Shown: positions 17,003 to 25,057 of the stretch, piece after piece
How positions within the stretch are numbered: the stretch's first letter is position 1
How the letters are laid out: the number at the start of each line of letters is the position of its first letter
Source: a virus
Lineage: Duplodnaviria; Caudoviricetes
DNA length: 37,711 nt
Strand: one strand, 5' to 3'
Virus record (IMG/VR): IMGVR_UViG_3300043391_000311
Location: 1 to 37,711 of that record
Notes under the pieces: generated by a model
Told to the model about the DNA's origin: nothing
Seen by the model: only the letters and a program-made list of their open reading frames with translations
Database searches by the model: none
Program-made: the position numbers and the translations under genes

Positions 17003-17008
17003 TTCTCA
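16921..17008 (+). mobile_element. Integron attC-like recombination site (attC-2)
   Basis: R'' CCAGAAC, then GCTGCATGGAACGCCGA pairing with TCGGCGTCCATGAGC except for an extra G and an extra A, then R' GTTCTCA; spacers 6 and 7 nt. Confidence 0.85.
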
Positions 17009-17151
17009 GACTTAACCCATCGGGCTTTTGCGGCCTTCGACGCTGCCGCGCTTCGCGTTTTCTTCGTCGTGCCCTTCCATCGGGCCTTACCGCCTTTCGT
17101 GCGGCCTTTGTCTGGCGGCAGTTCGCCGCCGCAGTGCGGGCAAGTTTTCAT
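16996..17151 (-). CDS. Small basic putative DNA-binding protein (CxxC plus GGKARW...AAKARW); stop inside attC-2
   Basis: 51 aa from ATG 17151 (ATGA overlap): MKTCPHCGG...KGGKARW...AASKAAKARWVKSENA. Confidence 0.7.
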   Translation of the reverse strand: MKTCPHCGGELPPDKGRTKGGKARWKGTTKKTRSAAASKAAKARWVKSENA

Positions 17152-17420
17152 GCTGCGGAAAATGGACGCTTGGCAATATAAACGGAATGAGCCTTTGTTT
17201 CTGCATCTTTTTCTGACGGAAAGAATGCCCAGTTGCCAAGAGCAAACGATGCCTTGTAACCAAACACGCCATCCACCCAAGCAGGAATTGCCTCAACTGT
17301 TTTAACCTTGCTCGCCTTGCCATCTATCACATCCCACATCGTGAGCGCGTAGCGCGACACCCTGCAATTGTATGACAATCTCTCTGTTCCGATCTTGCGC
17401 ACGGTAAATGCTGTTTTCAT
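17148..17420 (-). CDS. Hypothetical protein
   Basis: 90 aa, directly behind its own promoter. Confidence 0.65.
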   Translation of the reverse strand: MKTAFTVRKIGTERLSYNCRVSRYALTMWDVIDGKASKVKTVEAIPAWVDGVFGYKASFALGNWAFFPSEKDAETKAHSVYIAKRPFSAA

Positions 17421-17426
17421 GTTCTG

Positions 17427-17454
17427 AGTATATGCGAGCTAGCACGCAGCGCAA
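17427..17454 (-). promoter_or_regulatory. Leaderless sigma70-type promoter with a palindromic spacer (possible operator)
   Basis: minus strand TTGCGC-16 nt-TATACT, 6 nt before ATG 17420; spacer TGCGTGCTAGCTCGCA is a near-palindrome. Confidence 0.65.
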
Positions 17455-17463
17455 GCCCTATTT

Positions 17464-18096
17464 TCAATAAGCCCACTTGGCATCGCCCAAGATTTCGTCT
17501 GAATCAGACCACCACTCATCCCACTGAGCGTTTGTCGCAACGCTCCAGCCTGGGATGGTTGCGGCTGCGTCCTTGCCGGTCAGCGACATCGGCATCCACT
17601 TGATGCGGTTGTTCGGGTAGATTGCGATTTGCCCGTTGGATAATTTGAGGACATTGCCCTCCTTGTGCTCTTCAAGAAGCTCACAATCGCCGATGTCCAA
17701 GGTGCCTGAACCTTGGGATTCTGGGAGGTAGTCAAGAGTGAACCAGTAGTGACCGCCGATGGGTGGCAATCCTTTGCCCAGATTCACGAGCACCGGCACA
17801 TCGCTCAACTGATCCTTGCGCCATAGTTCGATGGATCCTGACAGGCACTCCCACATCTGGACCTTGTGCAATGGCAATGCCGTGTGATCATCTTCCGGCT
17901 CAAACCAATAGACGCACTGCGGCGGCACTTTGTCGAAGCAGGCGGCGTATCGCTCCACCCACACTTGGAAGCACAAGGGTCGATTGCGCATCGCTCGAAC
18001 AGAGACAAGCCACGCGGGTTCAAATTCGTCTTCTGAGCCACCGAAGGCGTCACAGCGGATGAAGACTTTGGTTTTGGGTAAGTTGACGTTTCTCAT
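17464..18096 (-). CDS. Conserved hypothetical phage protein
   Basis: 210 aa; QMWECLS, GHYWFTLD, EEHKEGNVLKLSNGQIAIYPNNRI resemble a widespread uncharacterised phage family. Confidence 0.7.
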   Translation of the reverse strand: MRNVNLPKTKVFIRCDAFGGSEDEFEPAWLVSVRAMRNRPLCFQVWVERYAACFDKVPPQCVYWFEPEDDHTALPLHKVQMWECLSGSIELWRKDQLSDVPVLVNLGKGLPPIGGHYWFTLDYLPESQGSGTLDIGDCELLEEHKEGNVLKLSNGQIAIYPNNRIKWMPMSLTGKDAAATIPGWSVATNAQWDEWWSDSDEILGDAKWAY

Positions 18097-18144
18097 GCAG
18101 TTCGTGGGGTGGTTGTGGTAGTGGTCAGTGGTTGGCTCATTAGT

Positions 18145-18534
18145 TCAGGGACGGGCTGTTTTTTCACCGTGGCAGCGCGAACATGGTCGGTAGGTTTCGC
18201 CATCAGCGATTGAGACGCTGGCGAGAGTTTGGCCTGTGCCAGTGCAGCGGTAGCATCGGTTGTTTTTCTGCTCCCATGCCAGCTTCCAAGTAAGATGGTC
18301 GGCAATGCTGACCACGAACTCCCGGCGGGTTGATTTGTCCATTTTCCGCCAGTTGCGGCGGCCCTTCCTTGGGCCGCGTGTGATGAGCGGTGCCACGACC
18401 CCCGTGATGGAGAAATGCGTGGCGATGTAATCTTTCTGCCCGTCCTGGTGTCTGGGTAGGCAGGTAAACTGGTATCCCTCCCATTCAGCCGAGAGGTCGA
18501 GTGATTCGCGGGCTTGTAAAACGAGTAAGTTCAT
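18145..18534 (-). CDS. Hypothetical protein with DnaJ-type zinc finger
   Basis: CYRCTGTG...CSRCHG. Confidence 0.65.
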   Translation of the reverse strand: MNLLVLQARESLDLSAEWEGYQFTCLPRHQDGQKDYIATHFSITGVVAPLITRGPRKGRRNWRKMDKSTRREFVVSIADHLTWKLAWEQKNNRCYRCTGTGQTLASVSIADGETYRPCSRCHGEKTARP

Positions 18535-18540
18535 GTGGGA

Positions 18541-18909
18541 TTATTGGTGGCGCATGCATCGCATGCATTTGCGGACGCAGCCATCATGCGGAAACCAGAC
18601 GACGCCGGGGAGTTGGTGAACGCCGTTTGCTGCGTTGGCGCATGCGGCCTGCCCGTTGAGCAGAAAATGAGCCGAGTCGTGGTGAAGTGACTGCATCCAT
18701 TGGCCGGTTTTAGCCGATTCAGATGGTGGCGGCGTGGTTGCATGCAACGCAAATTTGTCTGGCGTCGTGGTGGTTGCATGGCGTCGATACAGCCAGGACT
18801 TAAGCGTGCTCACCGGCAACTGCAGTTCCTCGGCAATGGAAGCAAATGTCCGGCCTTGTCGCCGGGCCTGGACGGTGATCTCGCGGAGAATAGGCGAATG
18901 CGATTTCAT
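18541..18909 (-). CDS. HTH DNA-binding protein with C-terminal His/Cys cluster
   Basis: probable start 18909; QGRTFASIAEELQLPVSTLKSWLYR helix-turn-helix; H...C...CMRC. Confidence 0.65.
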   Translation of the reverse strand: MKSHSPILREITVQARRQGRTFASIAEELQLPVSTLKSWLYRRHATTTTPDKFALHATTPPPSESAKTGQWMQSLHHDSAHFLLNGQAACANAANGVHQLPGVVWFPHDGCVRKCMRCMRHQ

Positions 18910-19109
18910 CCGTGCCTCCTGTTCCATACGGCGATGAACTCCGAAAGCTTTAGCCCCTCACCGTCATTCATCCGGCAGGCGCATTTTTCGTGATCGCATT
19001 CGATGAAAGCACAGCCGGGCAGGTAACCGAGTTGCGGCTTGGCATCGCGCCTGCGCTTGCATTTGGCAGTTAGATTGAAGTGGTTCATGATGCGCTCGAA
19101 GTCGGTCAC
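18906..19109 (-). CDS. Small Cys-rich hypothetical protein
   Basis: probable GTG start 19109 (GTGA overlap); ends AVWNRR as in Lar-like zinc proteins. Confidence 0.5.
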   Translation of the reverse strand: MTDFERIMNHFNLTAKCKRRRDAKPQLGYLPGCAFIECDHEKCACRMNDGEGLKLSEFIAVWNRRHG

Positions 19110-19285
19110 AGTTTTGTGCCCTCCCATTCTGACAGCGCCTGCATGCCATTGCGGAAATGCGGCTTTGTTGGGCGAGGCGGTAGTGCAGGCAATCTGCGCA
19201 TGGTGGCGATGAGCTTGGCGAGCTTGCGCCCGAATGCGTGGTTGTTTGGATCGTGGTTCACAAGCGGATCGGGGATGAGGTTCAT
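19106..19285 (-). CDS. Hypothetical 59-aa protein
   Basis: manual translation MNLIPDPLVNHDP...EWEGTKL; ATGA and GTGA overlaps fill the gap exactly. Confidence 0.55.
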   Translation of the reverse strand: MNLIPDPLVNHDPNNHAFGRKLAKLIATMRRLPALPPRPTKPHFRNGMQALSEWEGTKL

Positions 19286-20613
19286 GATTCGGTGTGTTCT
19301 CTGAATTGGAAAATGGAGCCGAGGAACTTCAGCTTAAGCTCCCAGTGCCGTTTTCCGCCGCGGCTTTTGTCGCACCAAAGCGTCCGCATGGCGTCGTTCA
19401 AGCCGGTTTCAGAATTCTCGTCGGTGCATTTCTTGAGCATGAAGACCTTGTCGGCATCCTGGCCGATAGCCCTGGATTCGCGCAGCTTGCCCGAATCGTT
19501 GAGTTGGCTGGCTGTCAGGATCACTTTGCCGGTGCGGCGGGCGAGACGCTTCTGGCGCCGGGAGATGCTGGCAAGCACACCTTCACGGGTGTCTGACTTC
19601 CGAGCACTGCTGTCCTCCATGAGTTGCAGGTAATCGACCACTACCAAGTCGCAATCGGAGCGTTCAATGTCGGCAAAAATGTCGGTGGCGCTCGCATCCT
19701 CCACGTCCACGAGTTCGACGTTTGCGTTGCGTTTGAGTCGTGCCACGGCGCTCACAAGTGCTTGCTGCTCACCGTTGGTCAGAACGCCGTTGTAGAGACT
19801 GCCGTTGTCCACCTGGGCACTGCTGGCAAGGAGACGCAGCATTTGCTCGTTGTGGGGCATTTCGAGCGGATACCAGCGCACCTTGCGGCCATCCATCGCA
19901 GCGGCTTCCGCGCAGTTCTGGATGATCGTCGATTTGCCGTCTCCAGGTTCGCCGGCGAAAACCCAGACCTGTCCTGGCATCATGCCTCCCGTGTTTCGGT
20001 CGATGGTCGGAAATCCGGTGCAGATGCCGGGAAGCCTGCCAGGATGCTTTGACCTTTGCTCGATCTCGGCAAGCAGCGGGTCGATGGCTTCCATCAACGT
20101 GTGACTTTTGAGCAGTTGACCAGGGAGCTTGCCAGCTTCCTCCATCATGCCTTTGATGTCGTCCACGGTCGTTGCCACCTCGCCATCTTTGGCGTTGAAA
20201 AGGCGGTCGAGAGCGCGGGCGTGCGCCTCGATGTGCTTCCGCTGGCTGAACAGTTCGCGCAGGATTCCGAGATAATACGGGAAATGCGATGTAATCGGCA
20301 CGAAGCTGAAAAGCTCCGAGATGACCGCCGGGCCACCGACGTGGTCAATCCGTCCAAGCTGGCGCAAACGATGCGTTACATTGACGGGATCAATGGGACT
20401 GCCTTCAATAGCCTCGTCAACGAGCAGCACGAAGATCTCGCGATGTGCTGGGTGCTGGAATAGCCCTGGCGGCATTGTGTGCAGATTAGCGGCGATGCGG
20501 TTTGGATCTTGAAGCAGGCAGGAAAGAACGCCTTTCTCGGCCTCGTCGCTGAAAGGCATCGGGCGGTTGAAGGTGCCGAGAAGTTCTTCGGCGGATGGAA
20601 GTGGATTGGTCAC
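19282..20613 (-). CDS. dnaB: Replicative DnaB-like helicase
   Basis: PFSDEAEKGVL N-domain, TGFPTID, Walker A AGEPGDGKS, LEM, VVDYLQLM, SQLN, LRESRAIGQDAD. Confidence 0.93.
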   Translation of the reverse strand: MTNPLPSAEELLGTFNRPMPFSDEAEKGVLSCLLQDPNRIAANLHTMPPGLFQHPAHREIFVLLVDEAIEGSPIDPVNVTHRLRQLGRIDHVGGPAVISELFSFVPITSHFPYYLGILRELFSQRKHIEAHARALDRLFNAKDGEVATTVDDIKGMMEEAGKLPGQLLKSHTLMEAIDPLLAEIEQRSKHPGRLPGICTGFPTIDRNTGGMMPGQVWVFAGEPGDGKSTIIQNCAEAAAMDGRKVRWYPLEMPHNEQMLRLLASSAQVDNGSLYNGVLTNGEQQALVSAVARLKRNANVELVDVEDASATDIFADIERSDCDLVVVDYLQLMEDSSARKSDTREGVLASISRRQKRLARRTGKVILTASQLNDSGKLRESRAIGQDADKVFMLKKCTDENSETGLNDAMRTLWCDKSRGGKRHWELKLKFLGSIFQFREHTES

Positions 20614-21275
20614 AAGCAGGATTGGTATTTTGGTTTCGTCACAGTCGGCAAGGCTCCAAAGCCGGAATCACATTCTTCACGCAGTCCTTGCCATCCTTTG
20701 CTCACGGTGAAGTTAATCATCGCGATAGCTCGCTTCTCTCCCATCTTCAGCATGTCAGAGAATTGTGCTTCCATCATGGTTGGCGTGAGCTTCTTCTTGA
20801 GTTCGGTTCGGTGCTTCTGCCATTTCTTCCACGCTTCTTCAAATTCCTTTGAGGCGAAAGGGAGCGTCAGCGACTCTGTACTATGGTTCTGGTTCTGGTT
20901 CTGGTTAGAAGCGTTTGCTTGGCGTTCGCTTAGCGTTCGCTTAGCGTTCGCTTGCGGTGCTGCTTTTTTTGCCATTCCTCCTAGTGAACCGGCTTTTTTA
21001 GCCTTCTCAGATTTAGCCTGATACCTCTCAATTTCGCGGTCACAGCGACGGTGATGCCAGCCGTCTTCACGTTCCTCAAAGAACTCCTCCAGCACTTCGC
21101 TAAGCACGTCCTCATTTACTCGCAAGCGTTTGCTTAGCGATTGCTTAGCGTTCGCTAGCGGTGACTCGGTGTCATAGTAGAGGTCGAGGCAACGGCGATA
21201 GCAGAGATCGTGCAACGGCTCCAGATGGGCAGTCGCCATCATGTAGTCGCTCGGGTTGAAAGGGTAATGGTTCAT
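20610..21275 (-). CDS. Replication initiator (DUF1376/YdaU-like)
   Basis: HYPFNPSDYMMATAHL...YRRCLDLYYDTESPL...FF....GWHHRRCDREI, AGSLGG, NQNQNQN linker, KGWQGL tail; upstream of DnaB. Confidence 0.85.
   Translation of the reverse strand: MNHYPFNPSDYMMATAHLEPLHDLCYRRCLDLYYDTESPLANAKQSLSKRLRVNEDVLSEVLEEFFEEREDGWHHRRCDREIERYQAKSEKAKKAGSLGGMAKKAAPQANAKRTLSERQANASNQNQNQNHSTESLTLPFASKEFEEAWKKWQKHRTELKKKLTPTMMEAQFSDMLKMGEKRAIAMINFTVSKGWQGLREECDSGFGALPTVTKPKYQSCL
20911..20953. repeat. 11-bp iterons x4, putative replication origin
   Basis: GCGTTYGCTTR tandem units inside the initiator gene. Confidence 0.75.
21126..21160. repeat. Second iteron cluster x3
   Basis: GCGTTTGCTTA GCGATTGCTTA GCGTTCGCTAG. 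Confidence 0.7.
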
Positions 21276-21287
21276 TCAGAAAACGGC

Positions 21288-21393
21288 CCCGCCCACGATG
21301 TGAAGGCTGGAAACCGTATCGCTCGGCATTCCTTCACATGTGGGCGGGATTTGAGATTTCGTTTCCATTGCGATATGCCGTTTCCAGTCGGCA
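21288..21393 (-). ncRNA. Putative regulatory RNA in the initiator leader
   Basis: 18-bp stem 21288-21306/21331-21348; its loop is complementary to 21361-21367 and 21370-21387. Confidence 0.55.
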
Positions 21394-21429
21394 GGGTTAA
21401 AATGTAGCGTTTTGGCTGGGCTGCAAATT

Positions 21430-21717
21430 TTATGATCCGCGACCAGCTTTAATGCCGAGCTTGCTGCAAAACTTCACATGCTGGTTTTTCTCGTGTTTCA
21501 CGAGCGGCTTCTTCCGCACGACCCACGCGTATTTGCCGTGCATTACGATCTTTGCTCGTGGACAAGCCGCCCGCTGGTCGCGGTAGGATCTGACGCAGAG
21601 TGCTTTTTCGCATTGAGCTAGAGCTGTTTCTTTGAGGTTGACTGCAAACGGACCAGCCACGGCCACAAGGCCAGGGTTTGCGGCCTCGACCGCCTCAACA
21701 TTTTTAAAGATTTTCAT
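21430..21717 (-). CDS. Hypothetical basic protein
   Basis: probable start ATG 21717 (MKIFKNVEAV...), 95 aa. Confidence 0.55.
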   Translation of the reverse strand: MKIFKNVEAVEAANPGLVAVAGPFAVNLKETALAQCEKALCVRSYRDQRAACPRAKIVMHGKYAWVVRKKPLVKHEKNQHVKFCSKLGIKAGRGS

Positions 21718-22084
21718 GGTGTAAATAATTGATGATTTCAGTTTTTGCTTCTTCCCAACCTTTGCAGACGCGGACTCGGTAGCCGTGCATCGACAGCCGT
21801 TCGCGCCATGCCTGTTGCTCAGGCGATAACCTGCCGCCAACACGTCGTTTCATTTCGATGAATAGCCCAGGCATGCCGTTGCATGGAAAGGCCAGGAACA
21901 GGTCGGGAACTCCAGGCTTTACGCCTTCCGCTTTAAGCCTTGCGGCTGTGGCAGGGTGCCGCCAGCCGCCGTTTGCAACCGCAAACAGGCAACGCAGTTC
22001 AGGCATTGAACCGCTTTGCAGTTCAGCCCACTTCATGAGGCAAACCTGCTCGTGATGTTCGGAGTCGAGTGAGTAGGGTTTCAC
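21704..22084 (-). CDS. VRR-NUC domain nuclease (Holliday junction resolvase-like)
   Basis: SEHHEQ, FAVANGG, EGVKPGVPDLFL, LFIEMK...GRLSPEQ; probable GTG start 22084. Confidence 0.9.
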   Translation of the reverse strand: MKPYSLDSEHHEQVCLMKWAELQSGSMPELRCLFAVANGGWRHPATAARLKAEGVKPGVPDLFLAFPCNGMPGLFIEMKRRVGGRLSPEQQAWRERLSMHGYRVRVCKGWEEAKTEIINYLHHENL

Positions 22085-22257
22085 TCCTTCTCCTTTCGCA
22101 TCTCGCGTTCTGCCGCGCAGTCGGCGCACAAATCGCCGTCTTCGGTTTCATCCGCGACTGGATTCATTCGGCCAAACATTGCAGCGCAGTCGAGACAGCG
22201 GTGCCCGTGGTGAGCGTCGAATTTGGCGTCAGATGGAATCATGGAATTGCCATTCAT
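22081..22257 (-). CDS. Small zinc-finger protein (58 aa)
   Basis: manual translation with CLDC...CADC; ATGA and GTGA overlaps. Confidence 0.55.
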   Translation of the reverse strand: MNGNSMIPSDAKFDAHHGHRCLDCAAMFGRMNPVADETEDGDLCADCAAEREMRKEKE

Positions 22258-22448
22258 GCGCGTTTCAGCCCTCCTGTTTTGGCATCTTCCCAGCCTTTCG
22301 CATAGGCGTTCCGGCGGATCGTCTCGCGGGTGGAGACAATTTCGTCGTGAGCTTCCTGCGTCCGACGCGCCAGAACCACGCTGGCGAAGAACGACAGCAC
22401 GCTGCCACCGAACAGGGAGCCAAGGAAAAAAATGAGAACTGGACTCAT
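22254..22448 (-). CDS. Small membrane protein
   Basis: start ATG 22448; MSPVLIFFLGSLFGGSVLSFFASVVL TM segment, AYAKGWEDA tail. Confidence 0.6.
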   Translation of the reverse strand: MSPVLIFFLGSLFGGSVLSFFASVVLARRTQEAHDEIVSTRETIRRNAYAKGWEDAKTGGLKRA

Positions 22449-22861
22449 GCTTCGCACCCCCATTCTCCTAATCCCAAGGCAATACTACTTTTGAGCCTTG
22501 GAGCTACAGATAATTCATGGCGGCAGAAGTCGCTGCAAATAGTTCCATTGCGGTTGGTTTGGAAAGTGTTTTCGCAAACCCTACATTTAACTTCCTTGAT
22601 TGTTTTGCGTTGATAACCGTGGAATGCGATCTGACACGTTGACGAGCAAAATACTTTATTTGCCCGATCAGTGAGAAAACTAACGCCGCATTTTTTACAA
22701 ACCATCGTGCCTCTGTTTTCCTTGCGTGTTTCCGCCGCAAGAACAGCAGCTTCTCTTATCTTGCGATGCTTGTCATTTATGCGGCATGGGATGCAGCAAA
22801 ACTTTTGGACTTTAGTTGCTGGCTGAAATTCTGTTTTACAAAATGGACAGGTTGATTTCAT
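22445..22861 (-). CDS. Protein with three CxxC...F...CSxxC zinc-binding repeats
   Basis: CPFC...FCCIPC, CKKC...FCSSTC, CRVC...ICSDFC. Confidence 0.75.
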   Translation of the reverse strand: MKSTCPFCKTEFQPATKVQKFCCIPCRINDKHRKIREAAVLAAETRKENRGTMVCKKCGVSFLTDRANKVFCSSTCQIAFHGYQRKTIKEVKCRVCENTFQTNRNGTICSDFCRHELSVAPRLKSSIALGLGEWGCEA

Positions 22862-24087
22862 GGCTCGCCTCCTTCTACCTGGAAAACTTCAACCAACTCT
22901 TGCTTGTCTGCCTTACGACCCAGCGCACCGGCACGAGTCAGCGCCTCGTTGAGCCTATCCTTCGCCTCCTTGGACGTCAGGTTGTAAACGATGCGCTTCG
23001 GCGTCTGTGACGCGATGCCAGAGCGTTTGCGCACGGCTTCTTCCAACGCAGTGATGCTGACGCTGGCAGCTTCCAGCATGTCGCCGTCCGTGATTCCAAG
23101 CGGAGCCAGGGCAGCAAAAGCCTTTTGCGCGTCGGTAACCTCGCGGTTGCCGGGCTTCGTCTCGACCGTCCACCCAGGCATTTCGCCTGCTGTGACACGA
23201 GCGCGGAAAGCGCCTTCGATTGCAGCGGTCATGAGCTTGACCATTGCAAGGCCACGGTAAGCGCCGAGCAAGCGCTCAGGTGAAAGCTCCATTGCACGAG
23301 CAAAGAGAGCGGCGCGTTGCGTGTCGCCTTGCGGAGCCGTCGCCGAGTCGAGCACCTCGACCGTTTGCAGCGCCAGGGTGCGCAACGCAGGACATGACGC
23401 CTTAGCCTTACACCATTTGCACCACGCTCCAGCCCGCACGTCGTCGGGCGTAGAGTTTGCGGCAGCGTCTAGCGAAGCCACGAGCCATTCGTGAGCCACG
23501 GCCAGTGAGCTTGCATTGTAGTCGGCAACAGTCGGCTTGCCAGCCCACGGCTGCACGATGACAACGCGGATCTCGGCGACGCCGTAGCGCAACCAGACGA
23601 GCACCGTCAATGCCGCTAGCTGCGCGTTGTCGATAGCCTCGGCGGTATCGCCACGACCGGTCTTGTAATCAAGGACAAGAGCGCGGTCGCTTTGCACAAG
23701 GATCAAGTCGGCTTGACCCGTGAAGATGAAGTCAGCGGTCGCTTGCGGTGTCACGTCTATAACCTTGCCAAACGCGGTCAGCCCCAGGCGGCGTTCGTAG
23801 AGAGTCTGGTCAGGCGTCACCATGCCGGGTCCGCCATTCCATTCCTCAATGACCTGCGCGGCTGCATCGCTGCACATGTCGCAGGTTTGGAGTTCCGACA
23901 TGGAAAGCGTGCCGGCATCAGCCTCCAGGCCGAGCACCGCATGGATGCGCGTGCCGCTAGCTGCGTCCTCGCGGTGCTCCTCCGGAGGCGCAAAGCGTTC
24001 GAGGTCGAAAGAGGCAGGGCATTCATGGAGCCGCTGCATGCCGGAGGCGGAGGGCACTCCGCGTCGTTGGTCGGGTTGCGTGTTCAT
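22858..24087 (-). CDS. Cas4-like PD-(D/E)XK exonuclease (DUF2800-like)
   Basis: SASGMQR..ECPAS, GTRIH, GQADLI, LDYKTG, NAQL, GAWCKWCKAKASCP Fe-S cluster cysteines. Confidence 0.88.
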   Translation of the reverse strand: MNTQPDQRRGVPSASGMQRLHECPASFDLERFAPPEEHREDAASGTRIHAVLGLEADAGTLSMSELQTCDMCSDAAAQVIEEWNGGPGMVTPDQTLYERRLGLTAFGKVIDVTPQATADFIFTGQADLILVQSDRALVLDYKTGRGDTAEAIDNAQLAALTVLVWLRYGVAEIRVVIVQPWAGKPTVADYNASSLAVAHEWLVASLDAAANSTPDDVRAGAWCKWCKAKASCPALRTLALQTVEVLDSATAPQGDTQRAALFARAMELSPERLLGAYRGLAMVKLMTAAIEGAFRARVTAGEMPGWTVETKPGNREVTDAQKAFAALAPLGITDGDMLEAASVSITALEEAVRKRSGIASQTPKRIVYNLTSKEAKDRLNEALTRAGALGRKADKQELVEVFQVEGGEP

Positions 24088-24974
24088 TACTTCGCTCCTC
24101 CCTTCGTCGTCAGCTTCACAATGGACGGCCAGAACTTGATCGCGTGGGAAAGCGTTTCCTCGTCGGCCGTGTGGGGCGTGGCGGAATCTTTGTCCGTGAT
24201 ACCGTTGCGCTTGAGAACATCCAGCGCTTCCAACCAGTTAACGCCGCTGGACTTGATAAGATTTTCGATTTGATCTACGAGCGTCACGGGCGCGACATCA
24301 ACCAAGACCGGCGACTGCTCAGCGGCTTCCACCTCAACGACCTGCGCTGGCTGTGCTGCCTGCACTGGCTTGGCAAACAGCTTCGACTCAGCCAGAGGCG
24401 TCACGTCGCGTTCTGCGGTGTCGATAGCCTCCTCCGCCGTCATCATGCCCAGGGTAATGTCCGGCGCGTAGAGCCGCGCAAAGAACGCAGCGGCGCGATA
24501 GCGGAGCATCAACTCCGGCATGGTGATCCACTTTGACCCGTTCTTTGTGCTCCACCCCTCGGACTTCGCCATCTCAAGCGTGATCTTTGGTCCTTCGAGC
24601 GTAGTTTTGTCAGCCTTGCTTTTCGCCCAAGCGACGCAAGAACGGTCCGACTTGCCTTCGGTGCCTTCCATCTTGAACTGAAGCGGCTCGAAACGACCAC
24701 TGGAATTGACCATTGCGATAAGGAACGTGGCGCGGAAACTTGGCCGGCCATGAATGACGTCGATGTTCTGAAGCACCATGAATGGATCGGCACCGAGGCG
24801 TTTAGCGATGCTAAGGCCAATGGCGCAGTTGGCAAGATTCCCGCAGAATTCCTTGGGAACCAAGGAGGAGGAGGCAAACATCTTGGCTTGCCGTTGCAGC
24901 ATTTCAAAAGCCGCGTTTTCGCGGGCGATTTGGGCGTCGGATTCGACGTGGGTGGTGGTGAGTTCGGTATTCAT
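24087..24974 (-). CDS. RecT/Redbeta-like single-strand annealing protein
   Basis: probable start 24974; SSLVPKEF, PFMVLQNIDVIHGRPS, AKSEGW...SKW.TMPELMLRYRA..FFARLYAPD..LG; paired with the exonuclease. Confidence 0.85.
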   Translation of the reverse strand: MNTELTTTHVESDAQIARENAAFEMLQRQAKMFASSSLVPKEFCGNLANCAIGLSIAKRLGADPFMVLQNIDVIHGRPSFRATFLIAMVNSSGRFEPLQFKMEGTEGKSDRSCVAWAKSKADKTTLEGPKITLEMAKSEGWSTKNGSKWITMPELMLRYRAAAFFARLYAPDITLGMMTAEEAIDTAERDVTPLAESKLFAKPVQAAQPAQVVEVEAAEQSPVLVDVAPVTLVDQIENLIKSSGVNWLEALDVLKRNGITDKDSATPHTADEETLSHAIKFWPSIVKLTTKGGAK

Positions 24975-25013
24975 TATCGTGGTGGTGGTGATGTGTGGTG
25001 TGGTGGAGTGAAT

Positions 25014-25056
25014 CTCCCTCCTGCCATCTGCCGTGCAGCGGATGGCAGACGGGAAG
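25014..25056. other. Strong intergenic hairpin upstream of the RecT-like gene
   Basis: CTGCCATCTGC...GCGGATGGCAG; no U-tract, so function is unclear. Confidence 0.5.
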
Positions 25057-25057
25057 C

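Noticed and set aside
18093-18140. 15-codon minigene MSQPLTTTTTTPRTA coupled to the next gene
   Set aside because: Too short to support; equally explained as an ACC-rich leader like those of other genes
22858-24087. CRISPR-Cas system suggested by the Cas4-like nuclease
   Set aside because: No repeat-spacer array or other cas genes; pairing with RecT indicates a recombination exonuclease
17460-24218. A third attC closing the 17003-onward unit
   Set aside because: The expected R'' TGAGAAC was seen only at 22433 and 24212, inside core genes and without L''/L' hairpin arms
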